Source: a virus. From it: DNA of 37,536 nt. Positions within the stretch are counted from its first letter, which is position 1; every line of letters starts with the position of its first letter. The stretch lies in the IMG/VR virus record IMGVR_UViG_3300045988_062118, positions 1-37,536 of that record; one strand, written 5' to 3'. Below, one piece after another: positions 16,302-24,007 of the stretch. Both the position numbers and the translations under genes were made by a program. Under the pieces are notes generated by a model. The model was not told the DNA's origin. It saw only the letters and a list, made by a program, of their open reading frames with translations, and searched no databases.

Positions 16302-17554
16302 GGCAGCACCTCCGGGTAATCATATATGCTCATCTGTACCGCCGGTACATCTTCCCACGGCACTCCGATATAGTCCAGGACTCTTCCCCAGCCGAACTTT
16401 TCTCCTGTCTCTGGATCCGTGCAGCATCTATACATGTAAAACTCCCATTCTTTGGGATTCCGCTCTCTGAGCCTGTCAAACCTGTGTGGTCGTTCTTCCA
16501 TGTGGATTCCGAAACCGCACATACTGCAGCCTGTCCTCTGTGCTCCTGTCGTTCTGAGATTTCCGTGTCCGTCATCCTCTATCCGTCCATATATAGCTGG
16601 TATGATTGTCTCAACCGGTTCATAAGGTATTGTGTTACCAGCCTTATCCTTACTGTATGGCTGCTCATAATAAAGCTTTGCAAACACATCTGTATGTGCG
16701 TGATACCAAGTGTCCATCTCCTGAGCAAGTCTCAATATGTCATTTCTGAGGTATGGTGCAAATGGCGCTGATCTCATTACTGTCTTGCCATAGTAATTGC
16801 ATCCATGGTCTGTGAGAGCTTCTTCTCTCTGTCCACCCTCAGATGCCATCATGCCAAGGAACGGATAGCTTGAATGAGCCTTAGCCCAGTCATCGCATGG
16901 CTTCTCTTTCAGCCAATAGCAACAATCATTTGACACCTTGAAATTTGGCTTGTAATACATAACACCTTCATTCTCGTTCTCATATCCTCCGAACAGGTTA
17001 AGCCACTTCTGTGGCAACTTCATGCGGCTGTTCTTCTGGAAGTGTCCAAGCTCTCCACATTCGCCTGTGATTATTGCATGTCGAACTGTCTTATTGTTTT
17101 CAGTCGGATTCTGAAGCAGCGCTATCTTTCCCGCTATTCTCTTGCTGATAACCGGGAACCCAACTTCATTGAGGACCTCAACTTTTGTCTTGAGTGGGTT
17201 CAGGATTGTCACTCCAAGAGCTTTATGTACTCGCTGTATACTCTTATCTTCCAGAGATGACACTGATACCGCTGGAACATTAATCCCTATCGACTTCAGG
17301 AATACGTGTAATGTAATACTGTCAAGACCGCCAACACTCACATGAGCCGTTTTGTCTCGTATCCGCATCTGCTCCATGAACTCTTCAGCTCTAAGCCTGG
17401 AACGCCGCACCTTAACTTCATACGGCTGGCTCTGGAGCATTATCATTTTCTCCCTGGCTTCTTTCTTGCGCTTCTTGTATTCCTCTAAGCCCTCGTCCGG
17501 GCTGTCAAGTTCGCCGCCCTCTCCAAAAATTCTCGTTATTAAGTCTTCGTTCAT
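16298..17554 (-). CDS. PAPS-reductase / DndC-like PP-loop protein
   Basis: 418 aa. PP-loop-like SVGGLDS and a C-terminal TGCSMCGFG cysteine motif. 4-nt overlap with the methyltransferase start. Confidence 0.7.
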   Translation of the reverse strand: MNEDLITRIFGEGGELDSPDEGLEEYKKRKKEAREKMIMLQSQPYEVKVRRSRLRAEEFMEQMRIRDKTAHVSVGGLDSITLHVFLKSIGINVPAVSVSSLEDKSIQRVHKALGVTILNPLKTKVEVLNEVGFPVISKRIAGKIALLQNPTENNKTVRHAIITGECGELGHFQKNSRMKLPQKWLNLFGGYENENEGVMYYKPNFKVSNDCCYWLKEKPCDDWAKAHSSYPFLGMMASEGGQREEALTDHGCNYYGKTVMRSAPFAPYLRNDILRLAQEMDTWYHAHTDVFAKLYYEQPYSKDKAGNTIPYEPVETIIPAIYGRIEDDGHGNLRTTGAQRTGCSMCGFGIHMEERPHRFDRLRERNPKEWEFYMYRCCTDPETGEKFGWGRVLDYIGVPWEDVPAVQMSIYDYPEVLP

Positions 17555-17614
17555 TCACTTCTCAGGAACCCGCTATAGCATTACCCCGGCCGGAGGTTCG
17601 GCTCCTTTCATGTG

Positions 17615-18439
17615 TTATTTATTATTCAGCTCATCCGCAAGCATCTTCTCAAGCTGACTAAGCTGCTCTGTATTATCAGTCTGCTTAAAGTTTGCAAATC
17701 CATTTGGATTCACGTTCCGTGGCTGCCCTCGGCTCTTACCGTCATCCTTAAGCGCATATAGGCCTGTCCATCCCTGCATTATCGACTGATTGAGAATCTG
17801 TACCTGTTCATGCTTATCGTGAGATAACGACTCCAGCTTGTTCATCATCAGCGTTATAGCCCTGTCACTCATAGGCTTCTTGATACCTTTCCGGAACTTG
17901 ACGAACTCTGCAATGGCATCATTAAGCTCTGGATCGTCGCTATACTTGACCGGTTCAGACTTCTTACGTGGCTTCTCCACCTCCGCATGTGCGCACGCAC
18001 GTGCCTTAGTAGGAGTATGTATATACTCCTCATTATCACTATCATTATCATATTCATTATCATTATCGGCTTTTTTGGGTTCGGTTGGGTTTTCCTCGGT
18101 TTCAGAAATAACCGTTCGGTTTTCAGAAAAACCATTCGGTTTATTTGGGTTTTCCTCAGTTTCAGGATTATCCGTTTCCTTTGTAGGTCTGCCGCCCTTC
18201 TTGCCGTTAGATCTGTTACGCTCACATTTCTCCTCATACTTGGAGTTATCCTTATCCATGCGTGCCTTGATAAAAGAAAAGCACATGGCAAGCGCACTAC
18301 CTTTTGGAAGATCTGGAACTTCGCCTGTCTCCTGGTAGTCCATCAGAGCAAACATCAACTCACCGACCTGCTCCGGTGGCAGCATCGACAAATGCTCTCT
18401 ATATTCGGTATAAAAGACAAAGCTCCCTTTATTTCCCAT
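17615..18439 (-). CDS. Replisome organizer / replication initiator-like protein (conserved phage C-terminal domain)
   Basis: I prefer the ATG at 18439, preceded by AAGGAGGTGA. The C-terminus (ITLMMNKLESLS...ILNQSIMQGWTGLY) resembles the DnaD/phage replisome organizer C-domain. The central acidic low-complexity region carries DNA repeats. Confidence 0.6.
   Translation of the reverse strand: MGNKGSFVFYTEYREHLSMLPPEQVGELMFALMDYQETGEVPDLPKGSALAMCFSFIKARMDKDNSKYEEKCERNRSNGKKGGRPTKETDNPETEENPNKPNGFSENRTVISETEENPTEPKKADNDNEYDNDSDNEEYIHTPTKARACAHAEVEKPRKKSEPVKYSDDPELNDAIAEFVKFRKGIKKPMSDRAITLMMNKLESLSHDKHEQVQILNQSIMQGWTGLYALKDDGKSRGQPRNVNPNGFANFKQTDNTEQLSQLEKMLADELNNK
18085..18165. repeat. Iteron-like direct repeats inside the replisome-organizer gene
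   Basis: ttgggttttcctc(g/a)gtttcag at 18085-18105 and 18145-18165, 60 bp apart, with cgttcggtttt / cattcggttta sub-repeats between them. An adjacent ATCATTATC-type AT-rich run lies at about 18040-18068. Confidence 0.8.
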
Positions 18440-18444
18440 GTGGC

Positions 18445-18852
18445 TCACACCTCCTTGATTCGTATTCCACGCATATAAAGCATCAACTTGCGCTTTATGA
18501 TATACTCCGTAGTCCTCACGCCCTTCGTGTCCTCAACAACCATACAGTTGTTTTCCAAGTCCCAGTACACAAAATCAGCCACATATGAGCATTTATGCTC
18601 TATGACCTTTCCCGGTTTGAATTTGCCCTTGTTTGGACCTTTCGTGTATATCTGATCTGTGATCTCCCTCTGCGCTGGTATGAGTTCAAACTCTATCTGT
18701 CTGCAGAGACTTGTTATCTTGCCAGCTTTCTCAAGCAGTTTCAGTTCTGTATACCTCTGAGCTTCTTTCTTGCTGTCAAATGTGATGCCGTCTATTACAG
18801 CCTTCCTGTTGCCGTATTTGGTTCTTGCCCTGTTTGCCCTGCTCCAAGCCAT
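18445..18852 (-). CDS. DUF1064 protein (putative Holliday-junction-resolvase-like nuclease)
   Basis: YGNRKAVIDGITFDSKKEAQRYTELKLLEKAGKI pattern. Start at 18852, preceded by GGGGGAAAGGAG. Confidence 0.7.
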   Translation of the reverse strand: MAWSRANRARTKYGNRKAVIDGITFDSKKEAQRYTELKLLEKAGKITSLCRQIEFELIPAQREITDQIYTKGPNKGKFKPGKVIEHKCSYVADFVYWDLENNCMVVEDTKGVRTTEYIIKRKLMLYMRGIRIKEV

Positions 18853-18954
18853 TGATACTCCTTTCCCCCTGCCGCCCTCAAATAAGAGCAACAGGGATAT
18901 ATGCTAAGACATTACGTTGCTGTGTTGTGATGTATTATGTAATGTCAATGTAAC

Positions 18955-20025
18955 CTACTTGAAACTTCCGAACAGTGCCGCTTCTGCAGCGTTCATCTGC
19001 TGTGGCTCTGTCTGTGGATTCTCTGCCTGTGCTGGTTGTGGATCCTGAACACTGTTCTGTGTATTCTGAGCATTATTCTGCGTGTTCTGAGTATCCTGTG
19101 GCTCTGCCTGTGGAGCCTGTGCTTCTGGTTCATTCACCTCTGTTGCTGTGGCTTCCACATACTCATCATTGTCATTCTCAACGTATGTAGGATGTCCCTC
19201 AGCGTCTAAGGTTGCCATGTCACCCTCAAATGCCTTCTGGAGATCTATGCTCATTACTCCCCACTTGCTGATCAGCTGACGGAGCATTGTTTTATATGCC
19301 ATACCATCAAAGTTCTTATACCAGAACGATGAATACATCCAGGAATCACGAGGATCATAGTTACCGGCTTCATAGTCGGCAAATGATACTCTCTGCTTCT
19401 CTCCGTACTTTGTCTTGATCTTTCCAGCGTCCTTGTAGAATGCCTGTGAATACTTGTCCGCATGAGCAAGCATCTGAGCCTTACTCCAATACATTGTCTT
19501 TCTGAATCCGTTCACAAGCTCAAACATTGCATAGTAGCCGATTGTCTCAGCCTCTTCACGCTTGTCCCAATCATCTACCATGAGATTAACCTTGATGTCC
19601 TCGTTCAAAGGATCGAAATACTCAAGCTCACCCTCCTTGATAGCGACAACATTCAGTCTCTTATACTGACCAGAACGGATAGCCAGCTGAATATATCCCT
19701 TATATCCCATCTGGAACTGAGCTTCCTTGACACCAGCCTTTGTATTGTTGAATGGGACCATGTAATAATGTCCGAGCTGTGGAGATGGTGAAAGCTGTAA
19801 GCTCTCACCAAGAAGTGCAGCTGAAAGAATCGACTGATTCGTGCACTCCTGAAGTGTAGGGTTGGTGTTGTATGCTGATACAATAGCAGATATGAACCTC
19901 TGTCCATTCTTTCCACCAACCACCTTGTTGATCTGATTCTTGATTGCATCTTTTGTAAGATACTCTGTAATTCCCAGATTCTGCTGTGCTTTACTTTTTG
20001 CTACTAAACTGTTATTTACTGCCAT
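18955..20025 (-). CDS. recT: RecT-family single-strand annealing protein
   Basis: 356 aa. RecT pattern (NPTLQECTNQSILSAALLGESLQLSPSPQLGHYYMVPF). Q/N/T/P-rich C-terminal tail. Confidence 0.85.
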   Translation of the reverse strand: MAVNNSLVAKSKAQQNLGITEYLTKDAIKNQINKVVGGKNGQRFISAIVSAYNTNPTLQECTNQSILSAALLGESLQLSPSPQLGHYYMVPFNNTKAGVKEAQFQMGYKGYIQLAIRSGQYKRLNVVAIKEGELEYFDPLNEDIKVNLMVDDWDKREEAETIGYYAMFELVNGFRKTMYWSKAQMLAHADKYSQAFYKDAGKIKTKYGEKQRVSFADYEAGNYDPRDSWMYSSFWYKNFDGMAYKTMLRQLISKWGVMSIDLQKAFEGDMATLDAEGHPTYVENDNDEYVEATATEVNEPEAQAPQAEPQDTQNTQNNAQNTQNSVQDPQPAQAENPQTEPQQMNAAEAALFGSFK

Positions 20026-20260
20026 TATTTTCTACCTCCGCTATTATACTCATTAACTCTGTCCCCAGGTCTAACATATCAATACTGCTGCTATTTAACT
20101 TTGCGATCTCTACAGCCTTGTCTATAATCTGCTTTGCCGCATCTGTTCCAAAGTCTTTTTCCACGATGGCTCGTACGCTTCTTATAGCTGTCATCATTTC
20201 GGCGATCAGCATGATTGTCGACCCATCCAAGTGCACCGAACCTTTATTTAATACGATCAT
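20012..20260 (-). CDS. Hypothetical protein, paralog of 20273-20593
   Basis: 82 aa. Aligns by eye with the upstream ORF (MI..GSV..G.T..LI.E...A..S.R...K..G..A...I..A.E..K). Confidence 0.55.
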   Translation of the reverse strand: MIVLNKGSVHLDGSTIMLIAEMMTAIRSVRAIVEKDFGTDAAKQIIDKAVEIAKLNSSSIDMLDLGTELMSIIAEVENNGSK

Positions 20261-20272
20261 CTTGTATACCTC

Positions 20273-20593
20273 CTAATGCATAATCATATCTTCTAACATC
20301 TTGTGCAGTACCTCTTTCAGAGCCTGTGGCATTTCCCTTATGTTGTCCTTGTTTATATTGGCTTTTGGCAATATCTTAAATAAAACATCATCTATGAGGT
20401 CACTCATAATCTCGTCAAGGTCTCCCTCAGCTTTTGACGCTTCCATGGCTCTGCTTATCATTTCTTCTGTAGCAACATCTCCATATCTTTTAGCAAGCGA
20501 CTCTCTTAAACTCTTCATTGCAAGTGCTAATTCTGATATAAGCACAGGTGTTGTTCCTCTCATTGATACTGATCCCATTTCTGACTTAATCAT
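20273..20593 (-). CDS. Hypothetical protein, paralog of 20012-20260
   Basis: 106 aa. Shares the same N-terminal pattern as the downstream ORF. Confidence 0.55.
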   Translation of the reverse strand: MIKSEMGSVSMRGTTPVLISELALAMKSLRESLAKRYGDVATEEMISRAMEASKAEGDLDEIMSDLIDDVLFKILPKANINKDNIREMPQALKEVLHKMLEDMIMH

Positions 20594-20604
20594 CTTGTTA
20601 CCTC

Positions 20605-21507
20605 CTACTTAATCGCTCTAAATGTTATATTTCTGCTCTGGAAGAACTCTCTCAAGGCTGCTGCATCATCCGTTGTAAGTTCAACCTCAAACTTGACTAC
20701 CATCTTCTGTGGTTCCGGCTGTGATTCCTCTACTGGTGCTGGCTGTGCATCCTCAGGTGGTGTCATAGCCTGTGCCATTGCGGCTCTCTGCTCCTCGGCA
20801 GCTCTCTCCTGTGCCTTGCGTTCTTCTTCAGCCTTTCGTCTTGCCTCTTCTGCTGCTTTTCGTGCCTCTTCTGCAGCCTTTCTCCTTGCCTCTGCCTCAG
20901 CCTTTGCCTTTGCGATCTCTGACATTCTCTTAGCCTCAGAAATGGCCTTGTTAATGTCTAATGTCTCCTTAAATACCTCTGTAGCCTCAAAGCCAAACTC
21001 CGGGAGCTGGCTAAGTGTAAGAACTCCATTGCCGATCTCATACATCTTAGACTTCATCTGATCTTCTATACTCTTCATTGATACCGATGCATTCAACCAC
21101 TTAGGATCCCATATCTTCTCCAACGTGACAAAATTCTGAAAACCGATAGTTGCAAACAACTCTTCAATGGCTTTCTGCTTTTCAGCTTTGCGTTTCTCAT
21201 CGTATGCCTTGACCTGTTCGTCTATCACCGCTATAGGCTTGTCTATGATACCTATGATCTCGTTGATTTGAGCTTTGAACACATTAAACGGCTGCATGTA
21301 TTCTTTCTCTTTTCTTATTCTCTCGTCATTGAGGGCTTTCTTTAACTTGTTAAGGTTAGCCTTATCTGCCTTTGCGTCCTTGATCTGATCATCTGTGTAA
21401 ACAAGTGTCTCATAAAATGAGACCTTAGATGTAAGCTCGGCCTTAAGCTCCTCATAGTTAAAATCAATCTTCTCTGGTATCGCTACCTCATTAACTCTTA
21501 ATTCCAT
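20605..21507 (-). CDS. DUF1351 protein (recombination-module associated)
   Basis: The N-terminus (EIDFNYEELKAELTSKVSFYETLVYTDDQIKDAKADKANLNKLKKALNDERI) is typical of DUF1351. Contains an A/E/R/K low-complexity segment. Confidence 0.75.
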   Translation of the reverse strand: MELRVNEVAIPEKIDFNYEELKAELTSKVSFYETLVYTDDQIKDAKADKANLNKLKKALNDERIRKEKEYMQPFNVFKAQINEIIGIIDKPIAVIDEQVKAYDEKRKAEKQKAIEELFATIGFQNFVTLEKIWDPKWLNASVSMKSIEDQMKSKMYEIGNGVLTLSQLPEFGFEATEVFKETLDINKAISEAKRMSEIAKAKAEAEARRKAAEEARKAAEEARRKAEEERKAQERAAEEQRAAMAQAMTPPEDAQPAPVEESQPEPQKMVVKFEVELTTDDAAALREFFQSRNITFRAIK

Positions 21508-21517
21508 TTTTAACCTC

Positions 21518-21670
21518 CTAATTCAGCACCAGCTCCATCTGGTGACTCTCCTTGTTCTCTCGCACCATTGCCATGATGCGTGCTGTCTGTCGCTGTCTCT
21601 CTTCCTCACAGTCGCAGTGTTCGCCTGGATCCAGGTAAGCACCACACTGCGGGCATTCGTTGTAATACAT
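21518..21670 (-). CDS. Small zinc-ribbon protein (about 50 aa)
   Basis: CPQCG...CDC. I prefer the ATG at 21670, preceded by AAAGGAAA. The track's longer form overlaps the YqaJ gene. An alternative start lies at 21685. Confidence 0.45.
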   Translation of the reverse strand: MYYNECPQCGAYLDPGEHCDCEEERQRQTARIMAMVRENKESHQMELVLN

Positions 21671-21681
21671 GCCATTTCCTT

Positions 21682-22329
21682 TCATATCTCCGGGAGTATC
21701 AGCGGTGGTTCTTTCTTTGACTGTACGCACTCCCAGAAGTCTCTTTCAGCGTCAATAAGATACTGAATGTCTTTCTCTACCTCTGACCGCTCTATCTTGT
21801 AGTGCCTCGTCTGCAGATACACATCACCGTTAAATTCCGACTTAAGCTGAGCCTTGAGCACCACAAAGTTAAACTCTGTTACCATCAGGTAATGCAACAC
21901 CTGTATGTAATAGTTGTCCGGGATTCTATGATCCCACTTCTCTTTCTGCCTTGACTGCAGAATGTTGGTAGTCTTGCACTCCCACACACCCTTGCGACCA
22001 TCCTGATCTAAAAGCCATCCATCAAGAGATGCATGCGCCCACGGGTACTTGTCATTTGTGAACATGTTGTTTTCCACATACCCAACTTGATACTCTGGAT
22101 AATCCAACTTGAATAGCTCCCTCAGATGCTTCTCAGCCTCTGTGCCATACTTGACATAAGGCTTGTCTGATATGTCCTCAGGCTCTATGCCGTAGGCTTT
22201 CTCTTTAAATAGATCCACGTTGGTCTTGTAGGGGTTCATTCCCACAATAGCCGAGGCATCCGACCCACCTATCTTGGTTCTTGCCCTGAGCCATTCTTCA
22301 TGGCTGCCAAGGGCTTTCATACTTACCAT
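21682..22329 (-). CDS. YqaJ-like recombination exonuclease
   Basis: GGSDASAIVGMNPYKT motif and position next to the RecT module. Confidence 0.8.
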   Translation of the reverse strand: MVSMKALGSHEEWLRARTKIGGSDASAIVGMNPYKTNVDLFKEKAYGIEPEDISDKPYVKYGTEAEKHLRELFKLDYPEYQVGYVENNMFTNDKYPWAHASLDGWLLDQDGRKGVWECKTTNILQSRQKEKWDHRIPDNYYIQVLHYLMVTEFNFVVLKAQLKSEFNGDVYLQTRHYKIERSEVEKDIQYLIDAERDFWECVQSKKEPPLILPEI

Positions 22330-22562
22330 GGCTGTTCACTTTCTCTCTGATCTTCAATCCTGTTCATCTGCTCCACTGTGTTAAGCAGTCCCAGCTCTGT
22401 GAATACTGTTCCAAGCAAATATGCTATGAGGCTGCCAACCGGGAGAGCCATAACCAAAGCCGTGTTAAATATGATGTTATATGCCATAATGATCAGTATT
22501 ATCAGCATCGCCGCAAGGCACACTGCCTTGACAGCCTTTGTATCCATGTTTCTCCTCTTCAT
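22323..22562 (-). CDS. Small membrane protein (2 predicted TM segments)
   Basis: 79 aa with two hydrophobic stretches. AAGGGGAAG RBS. Confidence 0.55.
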   Translation of the reverse strand: MKRRNMDTKAVKAVCLAAMLIILIIMAYNIIFNTALVMALPVGSLIAYLLGTVFTELGLLNTVEQMNRIEDQRESEQPW

Positions 22563-22590
22563 TGCTTTTCTTCCCCTTTTCTGCTATAAT
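22562..22590 (+). promoter_or_regulatory. Near-consensus plus-strand promoter inside the minus-strand early operon (TTGCTT-17-TGcTATAAT)
   Basis: -35 at 22562-22567, a 17-nt spacer and -10 at 22585-22590 with an extended TG. Confidence 0.4.
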
Positions 22591-22596
22591 TTTCTT

Positions 22597-22648
22597 GAGT
22601 TATTTCTTATTTGCACCGGCGGAACTGCAATTCCAAAGGTGCTTTTTT
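22597..22648 (+). ncRNA. Candidate ~50-nt antisense small RNA
   Basis: Lies between the promoter above and the interrupted hairpin GCACC..GGAA-CTGCAA-TTCC..GGTGC followed by TTTTTT (22613-22648). No plus-strand ORF is present. Confidence 0.3.
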
Positions 22649-22652
22649 CGTG

Positions 22653-22988
22653 TTACCTCATATCTGATGTCATCTCACCCCATCCAATAGCTTTTGCAAC
22701 TTTTCCGGGGTCAAATGGTGGTACTCTGTAGCCCTTATCAAGCTCTTTCTTATATCTCAGATAGTCAACCAATGCTAAGTAGTTCACCCATGTCACACCA
22801 GCTCCATCCAAGATTGTGTATGGTCCATATCTACCATTCTGAACATATCTGTCCAGATCAGATATTCTGCGGCTTGCGGTGCTCTGAGATATGTTAAACA
22901 TCTGCATCATCTGAGACTTACTAATGTAAGGTGATGCTTTTATGTAGCTAATGCCTGTCACCTGCAGGCTTGATGTTGCTCTGCTCAT
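22653..22988 (-). CDS. Putative HTH DNA-binding protein (possible excisionase-like)
   Basis: The segment SKSQMMQMFNISQSTASRRISDL looks like an HTH. I prefer the start at 22988 (AAAGGAG + 9 nt). Confidence 0.4.
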   Translation of the reverse strand: MSRATSSLQVTGISYIKASPYISKSQMMQMFNISQSTASRRISDLDRYVQNGRYGPYTILDGAGVTWVNYLALVDYLRYKKELDKGYRVPPFDPGKVAKAIGWGEMTSDMR

Positions 22989-23007
22989 TGCTCTCATCTC
23001 CTTTCTC

Positions 23008-23178
23008 TCACTCCTCAGGCACTAAAACGACTCCGAGAATCTTGTATTCAGTGTGTCTGTAGCACTCTCTGAACGATCTTCTTGCCTCTGCCTCGTTGAG
23101 TTCTGTGAAGCAATCACAAAACACCTTCTTGGTCTCCATATTCATTGCTGTTACTGCGTATGTCTGGTATGTTTCCAT
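23008..23178 (-). CDS. Hypothetical protein (56 aa)
   Basis: ATG at 23178, preceded by AAAGGAGAGG. Confidence 0.45.
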   Translation of the reverse strand: METYQTYAVTAMNMETKKVFCDCFTELNEAEARRSFRECYRHTEYKILGVVLVPEE

Positions 23179-23198
23179 ATGCCTCTCCTTTCTGCTGT

Positions 23199-23213
23199 CC
23201 ATTTTAATTGGAT
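23199..23213. promoter_or_regulatory. Operator-like motif copy 3 (CCATTTTAATTGGAT)
   Basis: Exact copy of the motif in the switch region, located at the cro stop / next-gene junction. Confidence 0.5.
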
Positions 23214-23422
23214 TCAGATGGCAAAAAAATATAGTCTAACGGCATATCATACAGTCTTGACAATTCCTTAGCCTGTGAGATTTTAGGTTCTGATGTACCT
23301 TTTTCCCAACTAACAATAGTCTGCTTACCTACTGCCATATGTTTTGCTACTTCTTCCTGTGTCATTCCTGCATTTACTCTTGCTGCCGCTAAACTAATCT
23401 GGATCTTTTTCTGTGTTTTCAA
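23204..23422 (-). CDS. Cro-like XRE-family HTH regulator
   Basis: HTH segment MTQEEVAKHMAVGKQTIVSWEKG. Divergent from the CI-like gene. Probable TTG start at 23422 after AGGAAGTGAG; the track uses the GTG at 23434. Confidence 0.75.
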   Translation of the reverse strand: MKTQKKIQISLAAARVNAGMTQEEVAKHMAVGKQTIVSWEKGTSEPKISQAKELSRLYDMPLDYIFLPSESN

Positions 23423-23456
23423 TTTTGCTCTCACTTCCTTTCTGTATCATGTTCAC

Positions 23457-23485
23457 ATTGTATATCCATTTTAATTGGATGTCAA
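23457..23485 (-). promoter_or_regulatory. Early lytic promoter (TTGACA-17-TACAAT) with an operator in the spacer
   Basis: Minus strand: TTGACA (23485-23480), a 17-nt spacer containing ATCCAATTAAAATGG, and TACAAT (23462-23457). Confidence 0.7.
23466..23480. promoter_or_regulatory. Operator-like motif copy 1 (CCATTTTAATTGGAT, imperfect palindrome)
   Basis: Lies between the -35 and -10 of the lytic promoter. Confidence 0.6.
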
Positions 23486-23494
23486 TACCAAAAT

Positions 23495-23509
23495 TCATTT
23501 TAATTGAAC
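23495..23509. promoter_or_regulatory. Operator-like motif copy 2 (TCATTTTAATTGAAC)
   Basis: Variant copy between the two divergent promoters. Confidence 0.5.
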
Positions 23510-23515
23510 TTTTTG

Positions 23516-23547
23516 TTGTCAATTATTCAATATTGTTGTATTATAAT
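23516..23547 (+). promoter_or_regulatory. Candidate repressor (lysogenic) promoter
   Basis: TTGTCA (23516-23521), 17 nt, then TATTAT (23539-23544), which overlaps TATAAT (23542-23547). Confidence 0.5.
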
Positions 23548-23575
23548 AATAAGTTTTAAAAGGGGGGTGCACCTT

Positions 23576-23959
23576 ATGCCAGACGATAAACAAAAAGAAG
23601 TGTTTGCAAGAAATTTAAATAAATATTTAGAAAGAAGTGGAAAAACCCAAAAAGAGGTTGCTCAGGCAATTGGAGTTATTCCTACTACATTTAATACTTG
23701 GTGCTTGGCACAAGCTCTACCTAGAATGGGCAAGGTCCAACTTCTTGCTGACTATTTTGGTATAAACAAATCAGATCTTATCGAGGATAACTCGGATACT
23801 GAGTATTATTTAGACGCTGAGACCGCAAAGAAAGCACAAGAGATATTCGAGAACAAGCAGCTCTCTCTTCTCTTCGATGCTGCCAGAGATGCCGATCCAG
23901 AGGATTTAGAGACTGTCCATACTATGTTAATGGCTCTCAAGAATAAAGAGAAACGATAA
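23576..23959 (+). CDS. CI-like XRE-family repressor without a peptidase S24 domain
   Basis: HTH segment KTQKEVAQAIGVIPTTFNTWC. I prefer the ATG at 23576, after AAAGGGGGGTG. The track's 24-aa hydrophobic extension is rejected. Confidence 0.8.
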   Translation: MPDDKQKEVFARNLNKYLERSGKTQKEVAQAIGVIPTTFNTWCLAQALPRMGKVQLLADYFGINKSDLIEDNSDTEYYLDAETAKKAQEIFENKQLSLLFDAARDADPEDLETVHTMLMALKNKEKR

Positions 23960-24007
23960 TGCACATAAAACATCCCATGGATTTTGTTATTGTTTTTCTG
24001 ATTACAT

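Noticed and set aside
18892-18954. 8-bp inverted repeat GACATTAC...GTAATGTC after recT as a terminator
   Set aside because: The spacer is long (23 nt) and no U-tract follows on the coding strand, so the evidence is insufficient.
18985-19140. Repeated ttctg(a/t/c)g motifs as a regulatory or satellite repeat
   Set aside because: This is the in-frame coding sequence of the Q/N/T/P-rich C-terminal tail of RecT.
20780-20930. Repetitive GC-rich DNA (gcctcttctgc / gccttt motifs) as a non-coding repeat
   Set aside because: It is in frame within the DUF1351 gene and encodes an A/E/R/K low-complexity coiled segment (AEEARKAAEEARRKAEEERKA).
23504-23575. Hydrophobic 24-aa N-terminal extension of the repressor ORF
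   Set aside because: It would start inside the promoter/operator region. The ATG at 23576 has a strong RBS and gives a normal HTH N-terminus.
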